From Octopus sinensis (lineage: Eukaryota): 64,000 nucleotides of DNA. The stretch covers positions 37,758,001-37,822,000 of the forward strand of contig NC_043015.1 in assembly GCF_006345805.1 (NCBI RefSeq). Direction: 5' to 3'. Position 1 is the first letter of the stretch, and the number at the start of each line of letters is the position of its first letter. Positions 13,464-25,053 of this stretch are shown piece after piece. The notes beneath the pieces are model-generated. The model saw only the letters and a list, made by a program, of their open reading frames with translations, searched no databases and was not told the origin of the DNA. The translations under genes and the position numbers were made by a program.

Positions 13464-14260
13464 TATATAATACAAATGAGAAAATGGAGAAATATATCTA
13501 AATCATTCATCAACTATCAGATAATACCGAATCATATACTTTATTAAAACACTACACAAGAGCATTAAGATTAGACATTAATACCGCACAATAATTACAA
13601 TCAATATAAATAGATATAACTAAATAAATATAACAAGGTATAAAAATACATATACATTATAACTGACAGCTGTTTCGGCCATGCAGATATGTATGTCTCA
13701 TTTAACCTATATTAGCCATATATTGCAGGTATAAATGAGACATTAACAAAATTATCTTACGGCCTCTTCGGAGATTCTAATGTAAGTATGAGTACATACC
13801 CAAAAATCATTTACATACAAATATAAATATGAGTGCATATATACACTCATATCCTTACATATATACACATATACACATGCATAATAATATAAATAAATAA
13901 TATAAATCAATATATATCAATAAACATAATAATGTTCTATATTGAATGTTACAGTTCCTCAACCAATATTAAGAAATTACAACAGATATATTCATACTTA
14001 ATGCAGACATATATAGTAAACAGTTCATTATATTAATTTGTGTTATTTTACAAAAAGTAAATAATGCTATATATATATATATATATATGACAATTATTCT
14101 GTAGCCATGATAAAACTCCGAGTTCCGGATGTCTGGGCGGAGCTTTATCATGGCTACCGAATAATTGTTACATATTATATTTACAGATAAATTTACATAA
14201 TATTGAGGTCTCTTTCATTCTATTATTGTCTTACCATTTCTATCAATATATATATATATA
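13440..14260 (-). mobile_element. non-autonomous Penelope-like element relic bounded by (TA)n
   Basis: AT-rich block between TA arrays carrying a hammerhead-like motif (13663-13773) and a 20-bp hairpin (14101-14157). Confidence 0.45.
13663..13773 (-). ncRNA. hammerhead-ribozyme-like motif with enlarged stem II (U4C variant)
   Basis: Minus strand reads CT-CCGAAGA-GGCC-(80-nt insert)-GGCC-GAAA-CAGCTGTC-AG. Palindromic stem III ACAGCTGT, GUC site and 2-bp stem I. Confidence 0.55.
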
Positions 14261-14383
14261 TGTATATGTATATGTATGTATGTATGTAATATGTTTATAA
14301 CAATAATATATATATATATTATTGTTATTGTATTTTCTACCAGTAATTACAAATAGAACAGGCTGAGTTGCTTCTTTTCAACA

Positions 14384-14401
14384 CAGCGCCCTCAGCGGCC
14401 A
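14384..14401 (-). promoter_or_regulatory. CTCF-like binding motif
   Basis: Reverse complement TGGCCGCTGAGGGCGCTG closely resembles the CTCF core TGGCCACCAGGGGGCGCT. Confidence 0.5.
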
Positions 14402-14699
14402 CTGGTAGTACTTTTCAGTTTATCTTTATTTTGAATCCGTTTTCAATTTGTTAAAACTGTTGTGGAAGCAGTCACCGCTACTCCATGGCTACTGACATTT
14501 CTCCTCTCTACCATAAAGGTTGCTATCTTGAACCACAAACACGCAAAAACGGATGTTCGCAAAGAAAGAAAGAAAGAAAGAACGAAATAAAGAATGCGTT
14601 TACGCTAAAAAATATCTAAAGACGAATAATTTTTCCTAACTTTTGGCAGAAGAGTGGAGGTTCAAATATTCTGAAGCTATTTATGGGTGAAATAAATTC

Positions 14700-15010
14700 A
14701 AAAGATAATAATTTTGTCGTCATAAGTATTTATAACCTTCAACAGAAAGGGAAATAATTCAACGCTGAAACTCGAAGCAGATAAAGCTACGAGAAAAGCT
14801 AGTAAATATTGGATAAAAACATTTTTCGATTGAAAACGTCGATGTGGGTTCGTGTCCGTAAGGATTTTTAATCTAACGCTTACCCGCCAATTTTTATAGT
14901 TATCTGCATCAAGTTTCACCGTTCCAAAACAAAAAAAAATGCTCTTAATTCCACATAGTATTGCTGGAAGAATATATGTTGCAACAAAAGCTCTGTGCAC
15001 ACGCATGCAT
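14700..15010 (-). mobile_element. possible highly decayed RTE-type LINE fragment
   Basis: ORF has FVATYILPAILCGIKS, resembling the post-RT xxVLPxLLYGxETW motif. Weak. Confidence 0.3.
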
Positions 15011-15988
15011 CTTCGCTGCCAACAACAATCATTATCAGGATTTCTTTTCTTGCCACAAGGGCAACAGTTGAGTGAACATTATAAAGACAGACTTCAAAAA
15101 TCGTGGAGGTTTAAGTAGAATCAATCATGAAAGAAAAGGAACGGAAAATAACCGACATACAAAAGGAATAAGTAAGAATAAATGCATAAAAAGTGTGGAT
15201 ATCGCTGGAATTCCTTGTAATTTTGTTTGATGTGTTTGGCAGAGGATTTCAAAAGAATTCGATGCTCGGGTTTTGTTCTTTGGAAACTACAGGAATTATT
15301 AAAGGATCAGCGCTGAATCATTTGGACAGGGGTCGAAGTTGAAGTAATGGATGGATCGAGTGTAAAATAAAGGGTGAAGGGGATGTTTGTGGTGGTGGTG
15401 GTGGTGGTGGTGGTGATGAGGGGGACGTTAGGCGAGCAGGGGTTTGAGTTTGATTATATGAGATGAATTTTGTAAAAGGATTCATGTGTGAGTGTGCGCG
15501 TGTGTGAACGTGTGTCTGTGTGTCGGTCAGAGGAGAGTGTAAGAGAAATATAACACAGTGGGACGTGAGAGAGATGAAGGAAGGGGTGGAAATATGTGGC
15601 TGATGGGGATTGAAGAGGATCTGGACGGGTGAGGGTCAGAGTGGGGTAGGTTACGTTGATTGCTTGAATTAGGGGCTGTTACGGTGTAGCTCTTCTTTCT
15701 CTTAGTGTATGGGGGTCGTAGTTGTTGTTGTTGTCGGTGGTGGTGGTGGTGATGGCGATGGTGGTGATGGTGGTGTTGCTAGTGGCGGTGGCGATGGAGG
15801 TGGTAGTTGCAATTGTGGTGGTGGGGGTAATAGTGATGGTGAATGATGCTGGTGGTGGTGGCGATATGGTGGTATCATTAGTATTAGCGGTAGCAGAGGT
15901 ATGCCTGTTACTAGAAACGAAAAAAATGGGAAATTAAGGATGATGATGATGATGACAATGGTTATTGTTGTTGTTGTTGTTGTTGTTG

Positions 15989-16028
<40 letters not shown>

Positions 16029-16079
16029 GATGTTGATGTTGTTGTAGTTGGAGCTTCAATACAGCTGGAAACTCGAAAG

Positions 16080-16400
16080 TAGAAGAATCAACAACTATCC
16101 CAATTGAATGAAATGTTATAGAAAATTAAGTCCACACGTACCATATACATGGTTGCTTATTAAGTATGGCAAAACAAATTCTGCATCTTAGTAACAAGAA
16201 ACGCTTTTCATAACAAAGATGAGTTCTTCTCTACAGGCATCAACAGGAAAAAGTACCAAATGAAACTTAGACCAAAATCCACCGATATATATTAAACAGA
16301 TGTCTTTAAATTTAATACTTACATATTAGACAACTACTAAAACAAGCCCCATTCTATGGTACAAGCTGGTGAATCAGTAAATAAAATCTATCCAAGATTA
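16080..16400 (+). mobile_element. decayed RT fragment, probably RLE/R4-type non-LTR element
   Basis: GTACCATATACATGGTTGCTT translates to VPYTWLL, like the RT motif DSVPHxWLL. The rest is broken by stops. Confidence 0.35.
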
Positions 16401-16748
16401 AGTAAGCTACGAGAGTATTCCTCATAGGGAGAATGCCAAGACAATATACTCTAGTAACTAATCCACTATTATGGCAGATAATACAACGAATAACTTCCAT
16501 GATCTTGTATTTCTAACGGTATTTGAATATTTGAAATGTGACGTAATGACTTCCGGTAGAAACAAAAGAACCGTATATCTTGTCACTTGAATGATCTCAT
16601 CGCGTGTAAAACTCCGAGTAGTTACGTGGAGAATCTCCGAATTTAGACAAATATATATATATACTCTACAGTATGTATTGAGTACTGGAGTACTGGATCA
16701 CTCATTTATAAAAACTCAAACAAGCTTATATATGTATGTATGCATTCG

Positions 16749-16826
<78 letters not shown>

Positions 16827-16828
<2 letters not shown>

Positions 16829-17122
16829 AGACGCAATGGCCTAGTGGTTAGGGCAGCGGACTCGCGGTCGCAGGATCGCGGTTTCGATTCCCAGACCGGG
16901 CGTTTGTGTGTTTATTGAGCGAAAACACCTAAAAGCTCCACGAGTCTCCGGCAGGGGGTGGTGATTCCTGCTGTCCTCTTTCACCACTCTTTCTCCCACT
17001 CTTTCTTCTGTTGGCCTGCTCGCTTAGCCAGCGGGGTGGCGTCATTCGAAGGCTAAAACAATGCGAACGCATTGTGACCAGCGATGTGTAACAACATCTG
17101 ATGGTCTGGTCGGTCACGTGAT

Positions 17123-17130
<8 letters not shown>
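16827..17130 (+). mobile_element. full-length tRNA-derived SINE, family R
   Basis: A box TGGCCTAGTGG, B box GGTTTCGATTCC, unique body, 3' end GGTCACGTGATCACGTGAT then (AT)n. A near-identical 3' part occurs at 23930-24160. Confidence 0.85.
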
Positions 17131-17172
<42 letters not shown>

Positions 17173-17495
17173 CGGCGCGCGTTTATGGTGTATCGTGATG
17201 CATGCAAAGACGTTTCTTTAAGCATGTGCGTCACAATACAATAAATATGGCGCTATATTTTTCTGTTATTATAGTTTAATACAGCCATCTTCTAACATGA
17301 TTAGCAAAATCTCTTCATTTATTAAAAATATTACGAATATAAAAGCGTAAAACATTTTGTGAAAGATGAAAAATAAAATGGCGTTTCTTCTAATTCACGA
17401 AGCAATATTAAAAGATTAGAATATTTTCGCCTTAAGATAATCAGAAATTAGTTTATAAGCATTTTTCCATTTCTTTCTAATTACTGCAATGAAAT

Positions 17496-17560
<65 letters not shown>

Positions 17561-17564
17561 TAAT

Positions 17565-17617
<53 letters not shown>

Positions 17618-17626
17618 TAATAATAA

Positions 17627-17657
<31 letters not shown>

Positions 17658-17849
17658 AGGAGGAAAAGAACAACAACAACAACAACGACAACAATAACAA
17701 CAATGATAATTATTGTGATATCAACAACAACAACAACAAAAGCTGCAGCAGAAGAAAAAGAAAAGATTGAGGTAGGAGAGAAGGAGGGGAAGGGAATAAA
17801 TGGGAGGAGGAAAGAGAGGAGGAGGAAGAGGAGGAGAAGAAGAAGTAGA

Positions 17850-18060
17850 AGAAGACTGTATGGAATGCGAGAGAGTAATGTAACAGTGATACCAGTGGTG
17901 ATCGGAGCGTTGGGCTCAATCACATGGAAACTTCAAGACATCTTAAGGCAACTGGAAATCCCATGCAAGATTGATGTCATGCAAAAAGCAGCCTTATTGG
18001 TCACAGCACACATCTGTCTGTTGTGACTTGACTGATGACTAAAGACTCCGGTGCATTTTT
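17850..18060 (+). mobile_element. 3' end of an RLE-type (R4/Dong-like) non-LTR retrotransposon
   Basis: ORF 17703-18026 C-terminus reads NVTVIPVVIGALGSITWKLQDILRQLEIPCKIDVMQKAALLVTAHI. An ATT tail follows. Confidence 0.85.
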
Positions 18061-18064
18061 ATTA

Positions 18065-18370
18065 TTATCATTATTATTGAGTGAGTGGTGCATGTCATCA
18101 AAGTGACACTGGGGTAAAATATAAGAAGCCCAATATACCCATCATGAATAACAGTCTGTTAAGGGTACACCATGCACATGCATCCAACCATATATGCGTG
18201 ACATAGTGATTTCATATCAAGATAATCAGTGGGATCCAGTTAGAATTTTCTTCAAGCTGAGTAACCCATCCGGCTCAAAATGTCCCTGAATAATGGTTGT
18301 TTAAGGATGTTGATCGAAAGACCCATGTTTCCAGAAATGAATTACTCAAACAACAAAGAATTCCTCTCAA

Positions 18371-18372
<2 letters not shown>
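18065..18372 (-). mobile_element. unclassified retro-repeat family E, 3' part with (AAT)n tail
   Basis: Reverse complement overlaps 53150-53420 (TTATCTTGATATGA, ATTCTAACTGG). Confidence 0.65.
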
Positions 18373-18421
<49 letters not shown>

Positions 18422-18458
18422 TATTATATTAATATTATTATTATTATTATTATTACTA

Positions 18459-18513
<55 letters not shown>

Positions 18514-18699
18514 AAATTTTGCAGCTTAAGGCAATTTTCTAATGCATCACCTGTTACACCTCCTTGTCACTGGGGTGTGTCAGCATTATGTTTTTTGTTG
18601 TTGTTGCTTTTTTGTTATTGGGTGAATGCAAACTCTTCCTGGTGTTGCAGTCTTTTGTTGTATTGTGTGTTGTGTGTAATGCGAGCTGTGGTCTTTATG

Positions 18700-18960
18700 T
18701 TGGTCGTTGGTCGTTGTTTACTTTATTGGATATCTTCTATATAGAGTGTGTCTTGTGTTTGTGAACATCCTGGAAGTCAATCTTCCTCAAATCGGTGGTG
18801 ACACTTGTAGTTCGACCATATTCTTTGACCATATTATCAAATTCTTTCTGAATTTACAGCATACCCGTTCAAATGGCTTCACACGTGCCAGGCCATCAAT
18901 CCCTATCCAGAGCCGTTGGGTTTATGATCTTTAAGCGTGATATAGAGGGACGCGTGGCAA
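18700..18960 (-). mobile_element. Penelope-like reverse transcriptase fragment
   Basis: Manual translation ALDRD*WPG...QKEFDNMVKEYGRTTSVTTDLRKIDFQDV parallels the Penelope RT pattern GLYRDDGLG...FKxxGLxITxxxNLKxVDFLDV. Confidence 0.6.
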
Positions 18961-20489
18961 GAAAGTCTACGCGATCCTGTATCGTGAGGAGGATTGCTAG
19001 GTCTTTCTCTTCAGTTTTTATATCACTGCAAGAAGAGATGCTGGTAGTGTCCTCTCTTGTTTGAAAGGAGTCGTGTGTGCGTAGAATTGTCTGTTTCATA
19101 TATATGTTATATGTGCGTGTGTGTTCGCGCATGCATGGGTGTATGCGAAATCCGAATTTGAATAAATATACATGCATACATATAATCATACACACACACA
19201 TATAGATATAAGATGCCTATATAGATTCATACGAACATACAAACGGACATATATACATACATACATACATACTTTATGCTTCTGTATACGGGAAAAGAAA
19301 TGTCTAAAAAAATATAACGTACTATATATATATATGTTTACGTATTTGTGCGTGTGTCTATGTGTCTGTGTATATTGTGTGCGTGTGTATGCATATTAGT
19401 ATATCACTGCATCTCTATACAGTAAATATATACACGTACATATGCGTGTGTGTGTGCCTGTGTGTGTATGTGTATACAGATTTATATATACACAAGTACA
19501 TATATATATATGTATTTATATGTACGCATCCGGCAGTTTGTTTGCTGTGAGATTCAATGTCGTATATCGTACAGAACTTAACAAATAACCAAACAAACAA
19601 AATACTCGAACAAACACGGATGCAGCAAACGGAGATGGAACTCATCGATAAAACAAGTGACGATTATTTGACGTGTGTATACATGCATGTGTATATAGAC
19701 TTACATGTATGTATGCTTATAAACACATACACACGAACGTACATACATATACGCATACACATGCATACGCACTCATCTATGTATGTATGCATGAATGAAT
19801 AAACGTATGTATAGGTGCAAACGCATGAATACGTGGAGGCGAAATTTACATATATGCAAATGAGACATGTTTAGCAACGACTTACAGGATAATGTATTAC
19901 ATGTATGTTTACACCTGTATATATGGATGAAAGTGAGTGTATATATATGTGTGTGAGTGTGGAGTGTGTGTGTAAATATATATATATGCTGTATATACAT
20001 ATATAATATATATATATATATACATACATACATACAAACATATATGTATATACATATGCATATATGGGTACAGGATGTCACCGATAGTAAACAACATGAA
20101 ATACGCAAATAACGAGAGGAGGAAAATGGAAAGCAAGTCAAGGATTACAAAGAATGCAAAGAACGACCCTTTATCAGTTGTCGGCTGTCTATCTACTCCC
20201 TATTTCATGCAATCAAAGACAATGTGAGTCTTCGAAGATAGTTGCTCACATAAATACCAAAATAAAATTTGACTTTTGAGTGCCATTACAGCGTGAGGCA
20301 TTACTTAATGTAATAGCCCTTAATATAAAAATGTATTTTATACTTTGTATTAATATTTTCCTGAATTGGTTTTCCACGCTGGTTACTTGATAAATCTTAT
20401 ATAGAATTTAACCTTATATCTTATCCATATACAAGTATATTAATACGTCCATCTACTCACAATCCGCTTAGTATCGTATGGTTGTAAGT

Positions 20490-20670
20490 GCGATTACTGG
20501 AAGCGCGTTGTTGGCTTGAGCAAGACACTTTTATTTCACGTTGTTCCAGTCCATTTTTGTCACATTCTGTGTCACGCCGAATCACCCAGGAAACTACATT
20601 ATGGGTACGGCTGTCTGCGGAGTACTCGGCCACTTGCAAGTTGATTGCACGAGCAGACGACAAGTGAGAG
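20490..20670 (+). mobile_element. CORE-type SINE fragment with a different 3' end
   Basis: CTTGAGCAAGACACTTTTATTTCACGTTGTTCCAGTCCA is the same CORE-like block as family H. The downstream sequence differs. Confidence 0.55.
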
Positions 20671-20689
20671 TATACTTTTACGCTTTTAT

Positions 20690-20866
20690 TCTTTCACTTG
20701 ATTCTGTCATTTGACTGCGGCTATGCTGGAGCCCCACCTTTAGTCGAACGAATAGACACCAGTACTTATTCTTTGTAAGACTTGAACTTATTTGACGAAC
20801 CGCTAAGTTACGAGAACGTAAACTCACCAACATCGGTTGCCAAGCAATGGTGGGGGACAAACATAG

Positions 20867-20897
<31 letters not shown>

Positions 20898-21050
20898 CGA
20901 CGGGCTTCTTTCAGTTTCCGTCAGCCAAATCCACTTATGAACATTTGGTTGGCCCGAGGCTTGAGTAGAAAATACCCAATATGACACACAGTGGGACAGA
21001 ACTCGGGACCATGTGTTTGGGAAGCAAGCTTAGCACACAGCCACGCCTGT
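20690..21050 (-). mobile_element. SINE family A copy
   Basis: Reverse complement of 23167-23580 including the internal (TG)n. A further family A 3' piece at 21060-21212 runs into the gap. Confidence 0.8.
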
Positions 21051-21212
21051 GTATATATAGCTACTTGTTTCAGTCATTGAAGCGCGGCCATGCTGGGGCA
21101 CCACCTTGAAGGGTATTAGCTGAGTAAATTCCCCCCAGCACTTTACTTTTTCAAGCATGATACTTACTCTATCGATTAATTCCGCCAAACCGCTTGGTTA
21201 CGAGGTCGCAAA

Positions 21213-21312
21213 NNNNNNNNNNNNNNNNNNNNNNNNNNNNNNNNNNNNNNNNNNNNNNNNNNNNNNNNNNNNNNNNNNNNNNNNNNNNNNNNNNNNNNNN
21301 NNNNNNNNNNNN
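21213..21312. other. assembly gap (100 N)
   Basis: Run of exactly 100 N, typical of a scaffold gap of unknown true size. Confidence 0.99.
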
Positions 21313-21825
21313 GATTAATAAAGCGCTGTGGTTTTTCGCAAGAATTCTTGATAAATTCCATATGTAAGAGAATGGAATGGTAAATTTCTTGCAAACTCCT
21401 AAAAGCTATATGACACAGAAGCTTTTATTTAAATGAAGTCGGCCGCTTTCTATTGTTTTCTACGATAACATTTTTATATAATGTTCCTAACAAAACATCC
21501 ACCCGACAGACTGGTCAACCTGCCGCGGACTAGCACTCGTGCGCACGCACACGGACACACACACACACACACACATGGCCACGGACACACGCACAGCCAC
21601 GGACACACACAAATATCTGGATGTGATTCATTGACATCAACAATCACCGCCATATTGATAGAGTAATACACTCACCTAGAGAAAAACACACACAAGCACA
21701 CACACACACGGACACACAAGCACGCACATACACATACATACATATATGTATGTATATCACCATCATCATCATCATCACTGTCATCGTCGTCGTCGTCATC
21801 ATCACCATATATGGAGATAGATAGG

Positions 21826-21883
<58 letters not shown>

Positions 21884-21885
21884 TG

Positions 21886-22260
21886 TTTCTTTATTAGCCA
21901 CACAGGGCTGCACACAGACAGGACAAAATTACAAGGTAGAGCTTTTCTTTTGGAGGTAAAAGAAGGGGGTTTGGTTTTCGATAGATTTATTAGCTACGCA
22001 GGGCCGAACACAGAGGGGACAATACAATGTAGAATTTTTCTTTTTCAAAATCGATCAAAAGGGGGAAAAGACTTTTTTTTTTTGGGGGGGGGGGGGCGTG
22101 TAAACAGGAAATTTACACAAAAGTCGTTGTTAACAATTAGAGTTCCCAAAAGGGGAAGGAAATGTAACATTAACTAGGTTTATCCATGGAAAGAAAAACC
22201 TACGAAAAAATAACCACGGTAACCTCGGAAACGAAAAAGAAGACATTAACAAAGAGCGCT
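21886..22260 (-). mobile_element. 3' end of a LINE-like element with (TATC)n tail
   Basis: Minus strand ends CAGCCCTGTGTGGCTAATAAAGAAA then (TATC)n. The same terminus recurs at 55027-55062. Confidence 0.55.
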
Positions 22261-23166
22261 TTCTCTTTGTTTTAGAGGATCGTGATCAAGGTGGTTCCGT
22301 CATTTATTCGTGCCATCCTTGCCACATTCACTCACCTTTTGTTGAACATTTCATTAAACAAAACTTGAATATCTCCCACCTGGAGATATCTATCTTTATA
22401 CGAAACTGTTCTGTTTGCTCGAAAACTGATGAGGGATTGACCATCTCCGAGTATATTGTGTATGTGTGTGAGAGAATGAGTGTATGTGTGTGTGTGTACA
22501 TGTGCATGTGTGTGTGTGTGTGTATGTGTGTGTGTGTGTGCATGTGTATGTGCGTGTGTGTATGTGTGTGTTTTCCTGTTTTTCCCCCGTACCCCTCTAC
22601 TAGAAACATACACACACACACACATATATATATATACATATATATATACATGTTATATTGGGGTAGGCTGGTTTATGGGGTTACCTTGGGTTTCTCGATC
22701 ATAAAGGGCTTAGCCTTACGGCGTATCTTCAGACCCCAAACACTGCTGTCCTGAGACGTCTTTAAAATATGGTGGGGAAAAGTCTCGTTTTAAGGATAAA
22801 ACCCTAGGTGCTTATCTCCCTTTGACATTGTCTGTCGATCTTCGACTGCCCTGCCATCTTGCGGTCACCGAAGTACGACGAAGGTAAACGATTGTCTCCC
22901 TTCGGCCTTGTCTATTGGTTTCCGGCTGTAGTGCCACCATGCGGATTCCAAAAAGCCAGCAGGAATTTTCTAAAATGCAAGCATGGTCAGAAACTCTCCG
23001 TCCAGGAGTTCAGGATGTCCCCTGGCATGAGCGAGTCTTTAAGGATCCTCGTGCGTTCGGCAATGCATACCTTCCACCGCTTCATCTCATTGATGTAGGG
23101 GCCTGGGTAAGACCTCTTTAAAATATGGAGCGGGGAAAAGCTTCGTTATTTATATATATATATATA

Positions 23167-23580
23167 GGCATAGGAGTGGCTGTGTGGTAAGTAGCTTGCT
23201 TACCAACCACATGGTTCCGGGTTCAGTCCCACTGTGTGACATCTTGGGCAAGTGTCTTCTACTATAGCCTCGGGCCGACCAAAGCCTTGTGAGTGGATTT
23301 GGTAGACGGAAACTGAAAGAAGCCCGTCGTATATATGTATATACATATGTATATGTATGTGTATGTGTATATATTTGTGTGTCTGTGTTTGTCCCCCCAA
23401 CATCGCCTGACAACCGATGCTGGTGTATTTACGTCCCCGTAACTTAGCGTTCGGCAAAAGAGACCGATAGAATAAGTACTAAGCTTACAAACAAAAGTCC
23501 TGGGGTTTGATTTGCTCGACTAAAAAAGGTGGTGCTCCAGCATGGCCACAGTCAGTAAATGACTGAAGCAAGTAAAATAG
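23167..23580 (+). mobile_element. full-length tRNA-derived CORE-type SINE, family A (most abundant here)
   Basis: Head GGCATAGGAGTGGCTGTGTGGTAAG, B box GGTTCAGTCCC, CORE-like TTGGGCAAGTGTCTTCTACTATAGCC, internal (TA/TG)n, 3' end CTCCAGCATGGCCACAGTC...GACTGAAGCAAGTAAAA. More than 12 full or partial copies in the window. Confidence 0.9.
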
Positions 23581-23587
23581 TATGTAT

Positions 23588-23648
<61 letters not shown>

Positions 23649-23659
23649 GCATACACACA

Positions 23660-23800
23660 TGGGCGTAGGAAGGGCAACAAGCCGTAGAAGCAATGCAAAT
23701 CAATTGGAGCCTGGTGCAGCTCCCCAGCTTGCCAGCTATGCTCAAACCGTCCAACCCATGCCAGCATGGACAACAGACGCTAAAGGATGATGATGATGAT
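23660..23800 (+). mobile_element. SINE-like module T (AGGAAGGGCA...CCAACCCATGCCAGCATGGA...(GAT)n)
   Basis: The same module occurs at 42860-43085(+), 44855-45000(-), 45530-45725(+), 51885-52150(+) and 53420-53680(+). The (GAT)n tail suggests RTE mobilisation (inference). Confidence 0.7.
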
Positions 23801-23929
23801 GGTGATATATCGAAGTGCACATACTGTATTACGACCTATTTTACGGTTTCGCGCGAGGGTTCAACGGAATGTTGAACCAATTGATGAGATCGGCCTCAAC
23901 GCATTTATACTGCACACTTCGATTGATAT

Positions 23930-24160
23930 GTGAGTGTTTATTGAGCGAAGACACCTAAAGCTCCACGAGGCTCCGGCAGGGGGTGGCAGGCGATCCCTGC
24001 TGTACTCTTACACCACTCTTTCTTCCACTCTTTCTGCTGTTGGCCTGCTCTCTTAGCCAGCGGGGTGGCGTCATTCAAAGGCTAAAACAATGCGAACGCA
24101 TTGTGACCAGCGATGTGTAACAACGTCTGATGGTCTGGTCGGTCACGTGATCACGTGATA
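23930..24160 (+). mobile_element. 5'-truncated SINE family R copy
   Basis: High identity to 16905-17130 but lacks the tRNA head. Confidence 0.85.
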
Positions 24161-24336
24161 TATATATATATCTCGATTAGAGAATTATTATTGCTATATA
24201 TATATATATATACATACACGCACTCAAGATCATGGCAGCCAAACCGACTAGATCACGCACGCACACACACACATACATACGTACATACTACATACATACA
24301 TACACACACACACACACTCACACACTCACACACTTA

Positions 24337-24368
<32 letters not shown>

Positions 24369-24493
24369 CCATATATGGATGTCCCCTTTCATTTGACTCG
24401 GTTGTCACCCCAATAAAATAAAAATGAAAATACTTTTTCTAAGCTGCCAGTCACCAGCTTAGAATGTGCTATATATAAATGTGTGTGTGTGTG

Positions 24494-24551
<58 letters not shown>

Positions 24552-25053
24552 AGCGGGTGCGTAAAGGAAGGGGATCAGCTTGTAGGTGTGAGGGGACAAA
24601 ATGCTGGGTATGAAGGGATAAAGGAATGACTGAGATAAACGTTGGTAAACAGCGTGGATTAACGAGATAGGGGTCAGGTGAGGGCCAAGAGGAATGTCTA
24701 CCCATTGTGCGTGTGTGTGTGAGTGAGCTTCTCGCAAGAATGTGTGACTAATTAGGTCAAACATTCCTTTATTATTGCTTCCGTTACTTTTTTTTTCCCT
24801 TCTTTCTTTTGTCGTTCATTCTTTCTTCTTCGTCCAAAGGCGGACGTGAAGTGGACACCAGCCAACAAGATGGAGAAAAACACTAAAATAGATTTAATTA
24901 AAATACGGACGGTTCGATAAGCAGTGACGGGTGTGAATACGAACTTGTTACCAGATCGGATATGCTTGAGGCGTATTTGAACCCGTATCAAAGTCATTTA
25001 CTCGATTTTGTGATGGAGGACATTTGTCGCTGTAAATAAACAAAATCAGCTCA

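Noticed and set aside
16827-16900. tRNA genes at SINE heads (also 7080, 23167, 29294, 50695)
   Set aside because: A and B boxes are present, but there is no complete cloverleaf or poly-T terminator and each continues into a repeated SINE body.
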